Of a DNA stretch of 61,104 nucleotides, positions 9,501 through 21,018 are shown piece by piece. Under the pieces are notes generated by a model. It was given only the letters and a program-made list of their open reading frames with translations. It was not told where the DNA came from and made no database searches. The stretch comes from Rhodobacterales bacterium (GTDB lineage: Bacteria > Pseudomonadota > Alphaproteobacteria > Rhodobacterales > Rhodobacteraceae): NCBI GenBank assembly GCA_026400325.1, contig JAPLPF010000081.1, positions 45,388 through 106,491 of the forward strand, written 5' to 3'. Each line of letters opens with the position of its first letter. Positions within the stretch are counted from its first letter, which is position 1. The translations under genes and the position numbers were made by a program.

Positions 9501-10792
9501 CCGACCTTACCCCCCGCGAGATCGTGTCCGAGCTTGACCGTTTCATCATCGGCCAGGCCGAGGCGAAGCGCGCCGTCGCCGTCGCCTTGCGCAATCGCTG
9601 GCGGCGCAAGCGTCTGGGCGATGATCTGCGCGATGAGGTTTACCCAAAGAACATCCTGATGATCGGCCCGACCGGCGTCGGCAAGACCGAGATCTCCCGC
9701 CGTCTTGCCAAGCTTGCGAAAGCGCCCTTCCTCAAGGTCGAGGCGACCAAGTTCACCGAGGTCGGCTATGTCGGCCGCGATGTCGACAGCATCATCCGTG
9801 ACCTTGTGGACGTGGCGATCAACGACACCCGCGCCGCCATGCGCGAAGACGTGAAGGCCCGTGCCCACAAGGCCGCCGAAGATCGGGTGATCGAGGCGCT
9901 GGCCGGCAAGGATGCCCGCGACCAGACGCGCGAGATGTTCCGGGGTAAACTGAAACGCGGCGAACTTGACGACACGATGATCGAAATCGACGTGGCCGAT
10001 GCCGCCCCCGCGCCCCTGGGCTTTGGCATGCCCGGAATGGAGCAGCAGATGCAGGGGCTGCAGGACATCTTCAAGGCCTTTGGCGGCCGCACCAGCCGCA
10101 AGCGGATGACCGTGCTGGCAAGCCATGACATCCTGTTCGCGCAAGAGGCTGACAAGCTTCTGGATGATGAGGCGGTGAAGGCGGCGGCGCTGGAGGCGGT
10201 ACAGGAGAACGGAATCGTATTCCTGGATGAGATCGACAAGATCTGCGCACGCTCTGACGCGCGAGGGGCCGATGTCAGCCGCGAAGGCGTACAGCGCGAT
10301 CTTCTGCCCCTGATCGAGGGGACCACGGTTTCCACCAAACATGGCCCGGTCAGGACCGACCATATCCTGTTCATCGCAAGCGGGGCTTTCCACATAGCCA
10401 AACCGTCGGACCTGCTGCCGGAATTGCAGGGCCGCTTGCCGATCCGGGTCGAACTTGCACCGCTGACCGAGGCCGATTTCGTTCGAATCCTGACCGAAAC
10501 GGAAAATGCCCTGACCCGCCAGTATGCGGCCCTCATGGGGACCGAGGCAGTCACGGTCAGCTTCACCCCTGACGGCATCGCTGCCTTGGCGCGGATCGCG
10601 GCCGAGGTGAACCAGGCGGTGGAGAATATCGGCGCACGGCGGCTTTACACCGTGATGGAGCGGGTCTTTGAAGAACTTTCCTTCAACGCGCCAGACCGGG
10701 GCGGCCAGTCGGTGACCGTGGATTCCGCCTTTGTCGAGACGAATCTGGGTGCTTTGGCCCGATCAGCCGACATCTCGCGCTATGTGCTTTGA
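9497..10792 (+). CDS. hslU: ATP-dependent protease ATPase subunit HslU
   Basis: [10 protein letters not shown]; GPTGVGKTE Walker A; KFTEVGYVG; FLDEIDK; [10 protein letters not shown]; NIGARRL. Confidence 0.98.
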   Translation: MTDLTPREIVSELDRFIIGQAEAKRAVAVALRNRWRRKRLGDDLRDEVYPKNILMIGPTGVGKTEISRRLAKLAKAPFLKVEATKFTEVGYVGRDVDSIIRDLVDVAINDTRAAMREDVKARAHKAAEDRVIEALAGKDARDQTREMFRGKLKRGELDDTMIEIDVADAAPAPLGFGMPGMEQQMQGLQDIFKAFGGRTSRKRMTVLASHDILFAQEADKLLDDEAVKAAALEAVQENGIVFLDEIDKICARSDARGADVSREGVQRDLLPLIEGTTVSTKHGPVRTDHILFIASGAFHIAKPSDLLPELQGRLPIRVELAPLTEADFVRILTETENALTRQYAALMGTEAVTVSFTPDGIAALARIAAEVNQAVENIGARRLYTVMERVFEELSFNAPDRGGQSVTVDSAFVETNLGALARSADISRYVL

Positions 10793-10795
10793 TCC

Positions 10796-11806
10796 ATGAC
10801 CGTGATTGCGCCGCGGGCCCCTACCTTCCCGACTGACTGGCCCCGGTTCGGGATGGGGACAGCGTCGCTGGGCAACATCTTTGCCACCTATTCGGAGGCA
10901 GAGGCGCAGGCGACCTTTGCCGCCGCCCGGGCGTCAGGCGTGCGCTACTTCGACACCGCGCCCTGGTATGGGCATGGGCTGGCCGAACACCGGTTGGGCA
11001 CGGCTTTGCGTGACTGGCCGCGCGATCAGGTGGCGATCTCGACCAAGGTGGGGCGGGTCTACGACCCTGCGGCGCGGGGGCAGGATGCGCGGGTGACTTG
11101 GAAAGGTGGTCTGAACTTCGCCGTCCGCTACGACTATTCGGCAACGGGATTCGAAGCCTCACTTGCGCAAAGCCGGTTGCGGCTGGGGCAGCCCGTGGTG
11201 GATGCCTTGATCATCCATGATCTGGACAAGGATTATCATGGCGCAGCGTTCGACGGGCATCTGCAGGCACTGACGGGGTCAGGTCTTGGTTATCTTCACC
11301 AGTTGAAAGCGGAGGGCGTGATCTCGGCTGTCGGCATGGGAATGAACACCCTCAAGGATTTCACGGCAATCGCGCCCTGGATCGACGTGGACTTCTTCCT
11401 TGTCGCCCTGCCCTACACGCTGGCCGATCAGGCAGCCCTGCACGGTCCGATGGCAAAGTGCCAGCAGCGGGGGATCAAGGTGGTGATCGGTGCCCCGTTT
11501 GCGTCGGGGCTGCTTGCCAACCCGTCAGCGCCGGGGGTGATGTATGCCTATCAGCCCGCGACGCCGGAAATGGTGGCAAAGGCCCGTGCGATCGAGGCGG
11601 TCTGTGCGCGGCACGGTGTTTCGCTGGCAGCGGCAGCGCTGCAGTTTCCCCTTCTGCATCCTGCCGTGGTTTCAGTGATCCCTGGCGCGGTGTCTGCCGC
11701 CCAGGTGGCACAGAACGCGGCCAACATGGCGATGATCATTCCGGGCGAGCTTTGGGAGGACCTCAAGATGCAGGGGTTGATTGATCCTATGTCCCCTACC
11801 GGTTGA
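10796..11806 (+). CDS. Aldo/keto reductase (D-threo-aldose/L-fucose dehydrogenase-like)
   Basis: [40 protein letters not shown]. Confidence 0.85.
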   Translation: MTVIAPRAPTFPTDWPRFGMGTASLGNIFATYSEAEAQATFAAARASGVRYFDTAPWYGHGLAEHRLGTALRDWPRDQVAISTKVGRVYDPAARGQDARVTWKGGLNFAVRYDYSATGFEASLAQSRLRLGQPVVDALIIHDLDKDYHGAAFDGHLQALTGSGLGYLHQLKAEGVISAVGMGMNTLKDFTAIAPWIDVDFFLVALPYTLADQAALHGPMAKCQQRGIKVVIGAPFASGLLANPSAPGVMYAYQPATPEMVAKARAIEAVCARHGVSLAAAALQFPLLHPAVVSVIPGAVSAAQVAQNAANMAMIIPGELWEDLKMQGLIDPMSPTG

Positions 11807-11855
11807 AAGGCCGGGGGCGCGCGGTGTAGACTTGCGTCAACCCTGGGGGCAAGCC

Positions 11856-14477
11856 GTGACCGACGACGCCACAACGCCGATGATGGCGCAGTATCTGGAG
11901 ATCAAGGCGCAAAATCCCGGCGCCTTGCTGTTCTACCGGATGGGCGATTTCTATGAGATGTTCTTTGACGACGCCGTGGCTGCGTCCGCCGCGCTGGACA
12001 TTGCGCTGACAAAACGCGGGTTTCACCTGGGCGAACCCATCGCGATGTGCGGTGTGCCGGTACATGCGGCCGAAGGGTATCTGCTGACGTTGATCCGCAA
12101 GGGGTTTCGGGTTGCCATCGCCGAACAGCTGGAAGACCCGGCCGAGGCGAAAAAGCGCGGCTACAAGGCTGTGGTCAAGCGCGACGTGGTACGGCTGGTC
12201 ACGCCGGGCACTTTGACTGAAGATTCCCTGCTTGAGGCGCGTCGGCACAACTTCCTTGCGGCCTTTTCCGAAGTGCGCGACAGAGCGGCCCTGGCCTGGG
12301 CCGACATCTCGACTGGAGAGTTCCGGGTGATGCCCTCTTCGCTGGTGCGGCTTGGTCCCGACCTTTCCCGGATCGCCCCGCGCGAGTTGCTGCTGAGCGA
12401 GGCTCGTGAGCGGGAAATAGTCTCGAACATGGCTGAAACAGCGATTTCGGTTACGCCATTGTCGCGGGGCAGCTTTGATTCCGCGAATGCAGAAAAACGG
12501 CTGTGCGACCTTTTCGGCGTCGCCTCGCTGGAGGCATTCGGAGCGTTCGACCGGGCCGAGGTGTCGGCAATGGGCGCGCTGGTCGACTATCTGCACCTGA
12601 CCCAGCGCGGAAAGATGCCACGGTTGATGCCGCCAGTGCGTGAGACGGCGGGCGGCGTCCTGCAGATCGACGCAGCCACCCGGCGGAACCTTGAGTTGAC
12701 TCAGGCGCTGTCCGGCGGGCGTGAGGGGTCGCTACTGGCCGCCATCGACCGGACCGTGACGGCCGGTGGCGCGCGTCTTCTGGAACGGCGGCTGTCTGCA
12801 CCGTCCCTGGATCTTGCGGAGATCCGCGCGCGCCAGCTGGCGCTGGGGTATTTGCTTGAAGCTCCCAGCCTGCGGGACCGGCTGCGCGAGGCGTTGCGTC
12901 GGGTGCCGGACATCGACCGCGCGTTGTCCCGGCTGGCACTTGACCGGGACGGTCCGCGCGACCTGACGGCGATCCGGGCAGGACTGGAACAAGCGGGACG
13001 GATCGCCGGGATGCTGGCCGATGCGCCGCCCCTTTTGGCCGAAGCCGCGCGGACGCTGGTCGGACATGAGGCGCTGGTCAACCTGTTGACGCGGTCCCTG
13101 GTGGAAGAACCACCCCTTCTGGCGCGGGACGGTGGCTATATCGCAGCGGGGCATGATGCCGAACTGGACGAAACCCGTGCCCTGCGGGACGAAGGGCGCG
13201 GGGTGATCGGCAGGATGCAGGCGGAGTATGTCGCGCTGACCGGCATCCCAAGCCTGAAGATCAAGCATAACAACGTGTTGGGCTACTTCATCGAAACGAC
13301 CACAACGCATGAAGACCGGATGCGGGCGATGCCGGAGGTATTCATCCACCGGCAGACCACGGCGGGGCAGGTCCGGTTCACGACTCTGGCGCTAAGCGAT
13401 CTGGAGACCCGGATCCTGAACGCCGGCAACCACGCACTGGAGATCGAAAAACGTCACTATCATGGCCTGAAGGCCGCTGTCCTTGCTGGTGCGGCACCCA
13501 TCGCGTTGGCGGCACGGGCGCTGGCCGAGATCGACCTTGCTGCCAGCTTCGCCGACCTTTCGGCCGGCGAGAACTGGTGCGAGCCACAGGTCGATGACAG
13601 CCGCGCGTTCCGGATCATCGGCGGCCGGCATCCGGTGGTGGAGCATGCCCTGCGGCGGGACGGGCAGCCTTTCGTGGCCAATGACTGCACGTTGACCGAA
13701 GCAGAGACTCCGGCGATCTGGCTTTTGACCGGGCCCAATATGGCCGGGAAATCCACCTTCCTTCGGCAAAACGCGCTGATCGTCCTTCTTGCACAGGCGG
13801 GCAGCCATGTTCCGGCGACCGAGGCGCGGCTCGGGCTGGTTTCCCAACTGTTCAGCCGGGTTGGGACATCGGATGATCTTGCGCGCGGTCGATCGACCTT
13901 CATGGTCGAGATGGTGGAAACGGCGGCGATCCTGAACCAGGCCGATGATCGCGCCTTGGTGATTCTTGACGAGATCGGGCGCGGGACGGCCACCTATGAC
14001 GGGCTTTCCATCGCCTGGGCAACGCTTGAGCATCTGCATGAGGTGAACCGCTGCCGGGCTCTGTTCGCCACACACTACCACGAGATGACCGCCCTTGCGG
14101 GCAAACTGGCCGGGGTCGAAAACGCGACAGTTGCGGTCAAGGAATGGGAAGGCGATGTCATCTTCCTGCACGAGGTCCGCAAGGGTGCGGCTGATCGCAG
14201 TTACGGCGTGCAAGTGGCCAAATTGGCGGGGCTTCCGGCCAGCGTGATCGAGAGGGCCAAAGTGGTTCTGGAGGCGCTGGAGAAGGGAGAGCGCGAGGGC
14301 GGCAAACAGGCGGTGCTGATCGATGATCTGCCGCTTTTCCGGGCCGCACCTGTTCAGCCCGTGCCGCAAAAGACGAAGGTTTCAGCCGTCGAAGAACGGC
14401 TGAAGCTGGTTCACCCCGATGAACTGACGCCGATCGAGGCGCTGCGGTTGATCTACGAAATCAAGGGTTTGGCGTAA
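11856..14477 (+). CDS. mutS: DNA mismatch repair protein MutS
   Basis: [48 protein letters not shown]; start GTG 11856 (uncertain). Confidence 0.98.
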   Translation: MTDDATTPMMAQYLEIKAQNPGALLFYRMGDFYEMFFDDAVAASAALDIALTKRGFHLGEPIAMCGVPVHAAEGYLLTLIRKGFRVAIAEQLEDPAEAKKRGYKAVVKRDVVRLVTPGTLTEDSLLEARRHNFLAAFSEVRDRAALAWADISTGEFRVMPSSLVRLGPDLSRIAPRELLLSEAREREIVSNMAETAISVTPLSRGSFDSANAEKRLCDLFGVASLEAFGAFDRAEVSAMGALVDYLHLTQRGKMPRLMPPVRETAGGVLQIDAATRRNLELTQALSGGREGSLLAAIDRTVTAGGARLLERRLSAPSLDLAEIRARQLALGYLLEAPSLRDRLREALRRVPDIDRALSRLALDRDGPRDLTAIRAGLEQAGRIAGMLADAPPLLAEAARTLVGHEALVNLLTRSLVEEPPLLARDGGYIAAGHDAELDETRALRDEGRGVIGRMQAEYVALTGIPSLKIKHNNVLGYFIETTTTHEDRMRAMPEVFIHRQTTAGQVRFTTLALSDLETRILNAGNHALEIEKRHYHGLKAAVLAGAAPIALAARALAEIDLAASFADLSAGENWCEPQVDDSRAFRIIGGRHPVVEHALRRDGQPFVANDCTLTEAETPAIWLLTGPNMAGKSTFLRQNALIVLLAQAGSHVPATEARLGLVSQLFSRVGTSDDLARGRSTFMVEMVETAAILNQADDRALVILDEIGRGTATYDGLSIAWATLEHLHEVNRCRALFATHYHEMTALAGKLAGVENATVAVKEWEGDVIFLHEVRKGAADRSYGVQVAKLAGLPASVIERAKVVLEALEKGEREGGKQAVLIDDLPLFRAAPVQPVPQKTKVSAVEERLKLVHPDELTPIEALRLIYEIKGLA

Positions 14478-14499
14478 GACTGGCGTGCCGTGGCGCAGA

Positions 14500-15030
14500 T
14501 TAAGCCGTGTTTGACGACACACCCACCTGCGCTGGCCGCAACAAGCGGTCATACAGCATGAACCCTTCGGTCATCACCTGGATGATCTGACCGGCCTTGG
14601 TGCCCGGCAGGGCCGCCTCGAACATCGCCTGATGCAGTTGCGGGTCGAACGTCTCGCCAGTGGCCGGCGAGATCGTCGTCATCCCATGCTTTGCCATCAC
14701 GTTCGTCAGCTCGCGCAGGGTCAGTTCGACCCCGGCAATCAGCGCAGCCGAGGCGTCGCGGCTTTCCTCGGGGATTGCCTGGATCGCACGGTTCAGGTTG
14801 TCGTAAACTGGCAGCAGGTCCCGGGCGAGGCGGGTTCCGCCATACATCTCGGCCTCTTTGCGGTCGCGTTCGGCCCGCTTGCGCGAGTTTTCGGCGTCGG
14901 CCAGCACACGCATGAACTTGTCGCGCAATTCGTCGCGTTCGGCACGCAGGGCCTCCAGCTCTTCGCTCTCGGCGGCGTCTTCGAACTCTTCGAGCTCCAC
15001 CTGCGGCGAGGCGGCTTGATCCTGAGGCAT
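14500..15030 (-). CDS. grpE: Nucleotide exchange factor GrpE
   Basis: ADAENSRKR, LLPVYDNL, FDPQLHQAM, RLLRPAQVGV. Confidence 0.96.
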   Translation of the reverse strand: MPQDQAASPQVELEEFEDAAESEELEALRAERDELRDKFMRVLADAENSRKRAERDRKEAEMYGGTRLARDLLPVYDNLNRAIQAIPEESRDASAALIAGVELTLRELTNVMAKHGMTTISPATGETFDPQLHQAMFEAALPGTKAGQIIQVMTEGFMLYDRLLRPAQVGVSSNTA

Positions 15031-15048
15031 CGTCACGTCCTTTGTCCT

Positions 15049-16122
15049 TCAGCCCTTGCCCCGGTCCGAAACCAGGCGGCCGACCAGTTGCGCGGTGTAG
15101 TCGACAATCGGGACGATCCGGCCATAGTTCAACCGGGTCGGACCGATGACGCCAACTGCGCCGATGATTTTCCGATCAGCGTTCATATAGGGAGAAACCA
15201 CCAGACTTGAACCGGAAAGTGAAAAAAGCTTGTTCTCGGACCCGATAAAAATGCGCACACCTTCCCCCGCTTCGGTCAGGTTCAGGAATCCGGCAATGTC
15301 GCGCTTGCGTTCAAGGTCATCGAACAGAACCCGGATACGATCAATTTCAACCTGATCGGCGACGTCTTCGATCAGGTTCGCCCGTCCTCGCACGATCAGA
15401 CGCTCGGACGGGCCGCCAGCATTCTCCCAAACCGCCAGGCCGCTTTCAACCAGCTGACCGGCGAGCGAATCAATCTCTTGCCGGCGACTGGTGATTTCAA
15501 CCGAGACCGAAGTGCGAAGCTCGGTCAGGGTGCGACCCTCGGCCAGAGCGTTGAGAAAGTTTGCCGCTTCGCGCAGCGAGTAGGGTGTCTGTCCGGGCGG
15601 CGGCACAAAAACCCGGTTTTCAACCTGGCCGTCGGCAAAGACCAGGACCACCAGCGCCCGGTCGGGGCCAAGACTTACAAATTCGATGTGACGGATCGAC
15701 GCCTCACGCTTGGGGGCAAGAACCACACTTGCGCCGCCTGTGATCACTGAAAGGGCAGCGCCCACGTCGTCCAGCAGGGTGGCGACATTCTGTTCATTCA
15801 CGCCGAACGTCGCGTCGATCCGCTCCTGGTCTTCCGGTGCCACGGTGCCGATTTCCAGCAGGCTGTCGACGAACATCCGCAGGCCCATCTGCGTCGGTAC
15901 GCGCCCGGCAGAAACATGGGGACTGTTCAGCAGGCCCAGATACTCCAGATCCTGCATCACGTTGCGGACGGTGGCTGCGGAAACCTTTTCGGAAAGGTTC
16001 CGCGTCAGCGTGCGCGAACCAACCGGCTCGCCGGAATCCAGATAGCCTTCGACAACCCGGCGAAAGACTTCGCGGGTTCGGTCATTCAGGTCGCTGAGGA
16101 TGGGCTGCGGGTGGGTCGTCAT
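15049..16122 (-). CDS. hrcA: Heat-inducible transcriptional repressor HrcA
   Basis: [41 protein letters not shown]. Confidence 0.97.
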   Translation of the reverse strand: MTTHPQPILSDLNDRTREVFRRVVEGYLDSGEPVGSRTLTRNLSEKVSAATVRNVMQDLEYLGLLNSPHVSAGRVPTQMGLRMFVDSLLEIGTVAPEDQERIDATFGVNEQNVATLLDDVGAALSVITGGASVVLAPKREASIRHIEFVSLGPDRALVVLVFADGQVENRVFVPPPGQTPYSLREAANFLNALAEGRTLTELRTSVSVEITSRRQEIDSLAGQLVESGLAVWENAGGPSERLIVRGRANLIEDVADQVEIDRIRVLFDDLERKRDIAGFLNLTEAGEGVRIFIGSENKLFSLSGSSLVVSPYMNADRKIIGAVGVIGPTRLNYGRIVPIVDYTAQLVGRLVSDRGKG

Positions 16123-16208
16123 GGGGTAGGGATGATCTTCGGCTCAAACGGGGTTGCATACAACTGCCCGGGTTGCATATGTGGCCCATCCTAAGGAAAG
16201 GTCCGGCA

Positions 16209-16925
16209 ATGCGCCCGTCAGGCAGGAAGTTAAGCGATCTTCGGGCGGTTTCAATCGAAACCGGCGTGATGAAACATGCCGAGGGCTCATGCCTGATCAA
16301 GATGGGCGAAACGCATGTCCTGTGCTCGGCCACGATCGAGGACAAGGCACCACCGTTTCTCAAGAATACCGGGCAGGGCTGGGTTACCGCGGAATACGGA
16401 ATGTTGCCGCGCGCCACCAACAGCCGGACCCGGCGTGAGGCTGCTGCCGGCAAACAGTCAGGCCGAACGCAGGAAATTCAAAGGCTTATAGGTCGCTCGC
16501 TGCGGGCTGGCGTTGACCGGCAAGCCCTGGGCGAACGGCAGATCGTCATCGACTGTGACGTGATCCAGGCCGATGGTGGCACGCGCTGCGCCTCGATCAC
16601 TGGCGGCTGGGTTGCGCTGCGTCTGGCAGTCAACAAGCTTATGGCCGCGGGCACGATCCTCAGCGATCCGCTGCTTGACCACGTATCGGCCGTGTCTTGC
16701 GGGATTTATGCAGGTCAACCGCTGCTTGACCTTGATTACCTGGAGGATTCGGCCGCAGGCACCGATGGCAACTTCGTGATGACCGGGGCCGGACGGCTGA
16801 TTGAAGTGCAGATGTCCGCGGAAGGTTCGGCCTTCTCGCAAGACGAGCTTTTGCAACTTCTTGACCTGGCCCGTGCCGGGAATGCCGCTTTGGTGATCGC
16901 ACAGAAAGCGGCCCTGGGACTGTGA
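16209..16925 (+). CDS. rph: Ribonuclease PH
   Basis: [35 protein letters not shown]. Confidence 0.97.
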   Translation: MRPSGRKLSDLRAVSIETGVMKHAEGSCLIKMGETHVLCSATIEDKAPPFLKNTGQGWVTAEYGMLPRATNSRTRREAAAGKQSGRTQEIQRLIGRSLRAGVDRQALGERQIVIDCDVIQADGGTRCASITGGWVALRLAVNKLMAAGTILSDPLLDHVSAVSCGIYAGQPLLDLDYLEDSAAGTDGNFVMTGAGRLIEVQMSAEGSAFSQDELLQLLDLARAGNAALVIAQKAALGL

Positions 16926-17533
16926 CGATGCGGCCGATCGGGGATCGCCTGCTTGTTGCAACGCACAACCAGGGCAAGCTTGAGGAAATAGCCGACCTTT
17001 TGGCCCCCTTGCGTGTCTCGGTTCTTGGCGCGGCAGACCTTGGGCTGGCAGAGCCGGAGGAAACCGAGACAACCTTTGTCGGCAATGCCCGGCTCAAGGC
17101 GCATGCTGCGGCCCGGGTCAGCGGAATGGCAGCCTTGGCTGACGACTCTGGCCTGGCGGTTGACGCGTTGAACGGTGCTCCTGGCGTCTTTACTGCCGAT
17201 TGGGCAACAACTGCAAAGGGCCGTGATTTCGGCGTCGGCATGGCGCGCGTCTGGCGTGAGCTTGAGGTGATTTCCGCCCCAGAGCCGCGACGTGCGCAAT
17301 TCTGTTGCACGCTGGTTCTGGCCTGGCCGGATGGGGAGGACGCTGTTTTTGAAGGAAAGTCCCATGGTCATCTGATATGGCCCGGGCGGGGCGTGCAAGG
17401 CCACGGCTTTGACCCGATCTTTCAGCCCGACGGTTTTGACCAGACCTTTGGCGAAATGAACCGATGGGAGAAGAACCGGCTTTCCCACCGCGCCGACGCT
17501 TTCGCCAAGCTGGTAGCGGCCTGCTTTCCGTGA
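16922..17533 (+). CDS. rdgB: Non-canonical purine NTP pyrophosphatase (HAM1)
   Basis: [29 protein letters not shown]. Confidence 0.95.
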   Translation: MTMRPIGDRLLVATHNQGKLEEIADLLAPLRVSVLGAADLGLAEPEETETTFVGNARLKAHAAARVSGMAALADDSGLAVDALNGAPGVFTADWATTAKGRDFGVGMARVWRELEVISAPEPRRAQFCCTLVLAWPDGEDAVFEGKSHGHLIWPGRGVQGHGFDPIFQPDGFDQTFGEMNRWEKNRLSHRADAFAKLVAACFP

Positions 17534-18666
17534 TGGAGGATTGGCGCCATGCCGGGTTCGGGCTTTACCTGCACTGGCCATTCTGCCAGTCAAAATGCCC
17601 CTACTGCGATTTCAACAGCCATGTCGCGTCCCGTGTCGATCAAACGGACTGGCAAGCTGCGTTCGAAGCCGAAATTGACCGCGTTGGCTTGCTTACCGAA
17701 AGCAGGGTGCTGAACAGCGTCTTTTTCGGTGGTGGCACCCCGTCCTTGATGGACCCCGCGCTAGTGCAGGCAATTCTGGACAGGGTGCGCGCGACCTGGA
17801 CCATGGCGAATGACGTCGAAATCACGCTTGAGGCCAACCCTGGGTCGGTCGAGGCGTCGCGATTTGAGGGTTATGCCAAGGCGGGGGTAAATCGGGTTTC
17901 GCTTGGGATTCAATCCCTTGATCCCGATGACTTGCGCCGTCTTGGACGCATGCACAGCGTCGACGATGCCCACGCAGCGATTGCCGTGGCGCAATCGACC
18001 TTTGACCGCGTCAGCATCGACCTGATCTATGCCCGCCAGAATCAGACCCTTGCCGCCTGGCGGGATGAGCTGCACCGAGCGCTGGACTTCGGCACCTCGC
18101 ATCTGTCGCTGTATCAACTGACCATCGAGGACGGAACGGTTTTCGGCCAGATGCACGCCAGGAACCTCTTGCACGGCCTGCCGCACGAAGACCTTGCCGC
18201 CGATCTGTTCGAATTGACGCAAGCGATCACCGCAGCCGCCGGACGGCCCGCCTACGAAGTGTCGAATCATGCCCGCCCCGGGGACGAATCACGCCATAAT
18301 CTCATCTACTGGCGGATGGGCGACTATGCCGGAATAGGCCCGGGCGCGCATGGCCGACTTACCCTTGGCGGCAATCGCTTCGCGACTGAGGCCGAGCGGA
18401 TGCCGACGCGCTGGCTTGTCGATACAACGGGCCGCCCCGGACTGGCAGAGAAAAGCCGGGTAGTGTCGCCCGAGGACCGGGCCGATGAGTACCTCATGTT
18501 TGCGCTGCGTCTGAAAGAGGGTGCGTCTCTTTCCAGGTTTGCTGCCCTCGCCGGAAAACCCCTTTCGGAAAGGCAGGATGATCGCATCCAGACCACCGAA
18601 ACCGGCGTCATGGTATTGAACGGGGTGTTGCGGGCCCTGCTTGCTGACCGGCCTTCCGCTGGCTAG
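17533..18666 (+). CDS. hemW: Radical SAM heme chaperone HemW
   Basis: YLHWPFCQSKCPYCDFNSH (CxxxCxxC), FFGGGTPS, YEVSNHA, HNLIYW; rph-rdgB-hemW synteny. Confidence 0.92.
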   Translation: MEDWRHAGFGLYLHWPFCQSKCPYCDFNSHVASRVDQTDWQAAFEAEIDRVGLLTESRVLNSVFFGGGTPSLMDPALVQAILDRVRATWTMANDVEITLEANPGSVEASRFEGYAKAGVNRVSLGIQSLDPDDLRRLGRMHSVDDAHAAIAVAQSTFDRVSIDLIYARQNQTLAAWRDELHRALDFGTSHLSLYQLTIEDGTVFGQMHARNLLHGLPHEDLAADLFELTQAITAAAGRPAYEVSNHARPGDESRHNLIYWRMGDYAGIGPGAHGRLTLGGNRFATEAERMPTRWLVDTTGRPGLAEKSRVVSPEDRADEYLMFALRLKEGASLSRFAALAGKPLSERQDDRIQTTETGVMVLNGVLRALLADRPSAG

Positions 18667-19577
18667 TTGTCGTCCCGACCCAGCTTATCTGGTATCTGGC
18701 TAAGAATACGGCACAATATATCGAGGTCATCCAGGCTTTCATACGAGATGGTGAGCTGTCCGCCCGCTTCACCCGCAGCGTGGTCAATCCGGACCTGCAT
18801 CCGCAGATTGGCGGACAGATCCGCCTCCAGCATCCTGGTGTCGGCGTCTTTTTCGGGCACCTTTCGTGCCGGTTTCTGCGACGGCCCCGCTTCGGTTCGC
18901 GCCTTGACCAGCCTCTCGGTTTCCCGCACCGAAAGGCCCTTTGCAACAATCCGCCCGGCCAGTTCCAGGGCGTTCGGACTGCCGATCAGCGCGCGCGCAT
19001 GGCCGGCCGACAGCCGCCCGTCGCGCACCATGTCCTGAACCTCGGCGGGCAGGGTCAACAGGCGCAGAAGGTTCGCCACATGGCTGCGGCTCCGGCTTAG
19101 CGCCTCTGCCAGCTTCTCTTGCGTGTGCCCGAATCGGGTCATCAACTGTCGGAACCCCAGCGCCTCTTCGATGGCGTTGAGGTCCTCGCGCTGAATGTTT
19201 TCGATGATGGCGACTTCCAGAACCTCGCTGTCGTTCAGGTCGCGCACGACAACGGGCACTTCATGCAGTTGCGCCAGTTGGGCCGCCCGCCAGCGGCGCT
19301 CTCCTGCGACGATCTCATACAGGTCGCGACCCGGCTTTCGCCGCACGATCAGGGGTTGGATCACCCCCTTGAGCCGGATCGAATCAGCCAGGCTGTCCAG
19401 CTCTGCCCGGTTGAAATCCAGCCGCGGCTGCTGCGGGTTCGGCTCCAGCTTGTCGACCGGGACCATAAGTTCAGACCGCCGGTTTGCCGGAACATGGTCT
19501 GGGCCGGCAAGATGAACATCTGCCATAAGGGCCGAAAGGCCGCGGCCCAGGCCGCGCTTGTCATTCTTGACGGTCAT
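18663..19577 (-). CDS. parB: Chromosome partitioning protein ParB
   Basis: GLGRGLSAL, NPQQPR, GERRWRA, ENIQREDL, SRSHVANLLRL, GHARAL. Confidence 0.97.
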   Translation of the reverse strand: MTVKNDKRGLGRGLSALMADVHLAGPDHVPANRRSELMVPVDKLEPNPQQPRLDFNRAELDSLADSIRLKGVIQPLIVRRKPGRDLYEIVAGERRWRAAQLAQLHEVPVVVRDLNDSEVLEVAIIENIQREDLNAIEEALGFRQLMTRFGHTQEKLAEALSRSRSHVANLLRLLTLPAEVQDMVRDGRLSAGHARALIGSPNALELAGRIVAKGLSVRETERLVKARTEAGPSQKPARKVPEKDADTRMLEADLSANLRMQVRIDHAAGEAGGQLTISYESLDDLDILCRILSQIPDKLGRDDN

Positions 19578-19580
19578 GGA

Positions 19581-20399
19581 TCAAGCCTCTGAAACAGATG
19601 GAATCTTTCGCCGATCAGCGATCTCTTTCGCCAGGGCGCGGTACGCCGCCGCCCCGCGCGACGAAGGGTCATACTGCAGCACTGGCAGGGCGTGGGATGG
19701 CGCTTCGCTGATCCGGACATTGCGCGGTATTGTCGTCGTCATCACCAGGTCCCCCATGTTGGACCGGGCGTCCGCCTCGACCTGCGCGGTCAGCTTGTTG
19801 CGCTTGTCGTGCATGGTCAGCACGATGCCTTCGATTCGAAGGGCCGGGTTTGCGGACCGGCGGACATCACGGATCGTCAGCATGAGCTGTGACAGGCCCT
19901 CAAGCGCAAAGAACTCGCATTGCAGAGGCACAAGGACCGAATCGCAGGCAACGAGGGCGTTCACTGTCAGAAGGCTGAGGGCAGGGGGGCAATCGATCAG
20001 AATGTAGTCGAATCCGTAGATCTCCATGGCCGGCTGCCGGAGTGCATCATGAAGAAGGTAGCTGCGCTTTTCATTGGCCATGATATCCAGGTCGGCCGAA
20101 GAAAGATCGGCATTCGCCGGGATGATCATGACATCAGGAAGCCGGGTCTCAATGACCACATCTTGTAGATCTGCGGCATCAACGATCAAGTCGTAGCTGG
20201 TTTTCTTCCGCGCTTCCTGCCGAATGCCAAGTCCGGTCGACGTGTTTCCCTGTGGATCAAGGTCTACGAGAAGCACTCTCATGCCCAACTCCGCAAGTCC
20301 TGCCGCCAGGTTGATTGCCGTTGTTGTCTTGCCGACTCCGCCCTTCTGGTTCGCGAGGGCCAGAATGCGCGGCTGCGCGACGTCAGGATGGCTTTGCAC
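19581..20399 (-). CDS. parA: Chromosome partitioning ATPase ParA
   Basis: NQKGGVGKTT, DLDPQGN, IDCPP, QCEFFALEGL, IPRNVRISEAPSH. Confidence 0.97.
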   Translation of the reverse strand: MQSHPDVAQPRILALANQKGGVGKTTTAINLAAGLAELGMRVLLVDLDPQGNTSTGLGIRQEARKKTSYDLIVDAADLQDVVIETRLPDVMIIPANADLSSADLDIMANEKRSYLLHDALRQPAMEIYGFDYILIDCPPALSLLTVNALVACDSVLVPLQCEFFALEGLSQLMLTIRDVRRSANPALRIEGIVLTMHDKRNKLTAQVEADARSNMGDLVMTTTIPRNVRISEAPSHALPVLQYDPSSRGAAAYRALAKEIADRRKIPSVSEA

Positions 20400-21018
20400 G
20401 ATGGAACTTTCTGATAGTCAGCAGGGCTGCGTCCTGTTGTGACAGGCTTGGCGTTACGTCGAGATCAAAGTCCCAGGACTTGCGGGCTTCGGTCACCTCT
20501 TCACTATAGCGCGCACCCTTTGGGAACAAGCAAGTGCCATCCGGCCGCGTGTGCGGCCTTGCAAGCGCCAGAAGCTGCCCAAGAGGGGCAAGTGCTCGGG
20601 CAGAAATCACATCGGCTTCAAGCGGCGGAAGCGATTCGATACGCGATGTCAGCAGCTTTGTCTCTAGGCCCAACTTCTGTGTAACTTGGCGCAGGAAAAC
20701 GCTTTTTCGCTGGTCCGATTCTACAAGCGTTACTTGCAGACCGGGCCGCGACTCCCGCGCGAGGATCGCAACAACAAGGCCCGGAAAGCCACCGCCGGAC
20801 CCCAAGTCGATCCAACGAGTTGCGTCAGAAGGGCAGTGAGCGAACACTTGAACCGAGTCTTCGATGTGCCGCCTCCAGAGGTCTTCCAGGCTGCCGCGGG
20901 ACACCAGGTTTACAGTCGGGTTCCAGCGCCTGACTTCTGCTTCAAGCTCACATAGCTGGGCGAATGTTTCACGTGAAACATCCAGCCCCCCAACGCTTTG
21001 CCTTGACGCTATCGTCAT
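20383..21018 (-). CDS. rsmG: 16S rRNA m7G527 methyltransferase RsmG (GidB)
   Basis: [28 protein letters not shown]. Confidence 0.95.
   Translation of the reverse strand: MTIASRQSVGGLDVSRETFAQLCELEAEVRRWNPTVNLVSRGSLEDLWRRHIEDSVQVFAHCPSDATRWIDLGSGGGFPGLVVAILARESRPGLQVTLVESDQRKSVFLRQVTQKLGLETKLLTSRIESLPPLEADVISARALAPLGQLLALARPHTRPDGTCLFPKGARYSEEVTEARKSWDFDLDVTPSLSQQDAALLTIRKFHRAKPS
20965..20980. promoter_or_regulatory. parS centromere site (perfect consensus) inside rsmG
   Basis: TGTTTCACGTGAAACA, exact palindrome matching the canonical parS; next to parAB. Confidence 0.95.
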
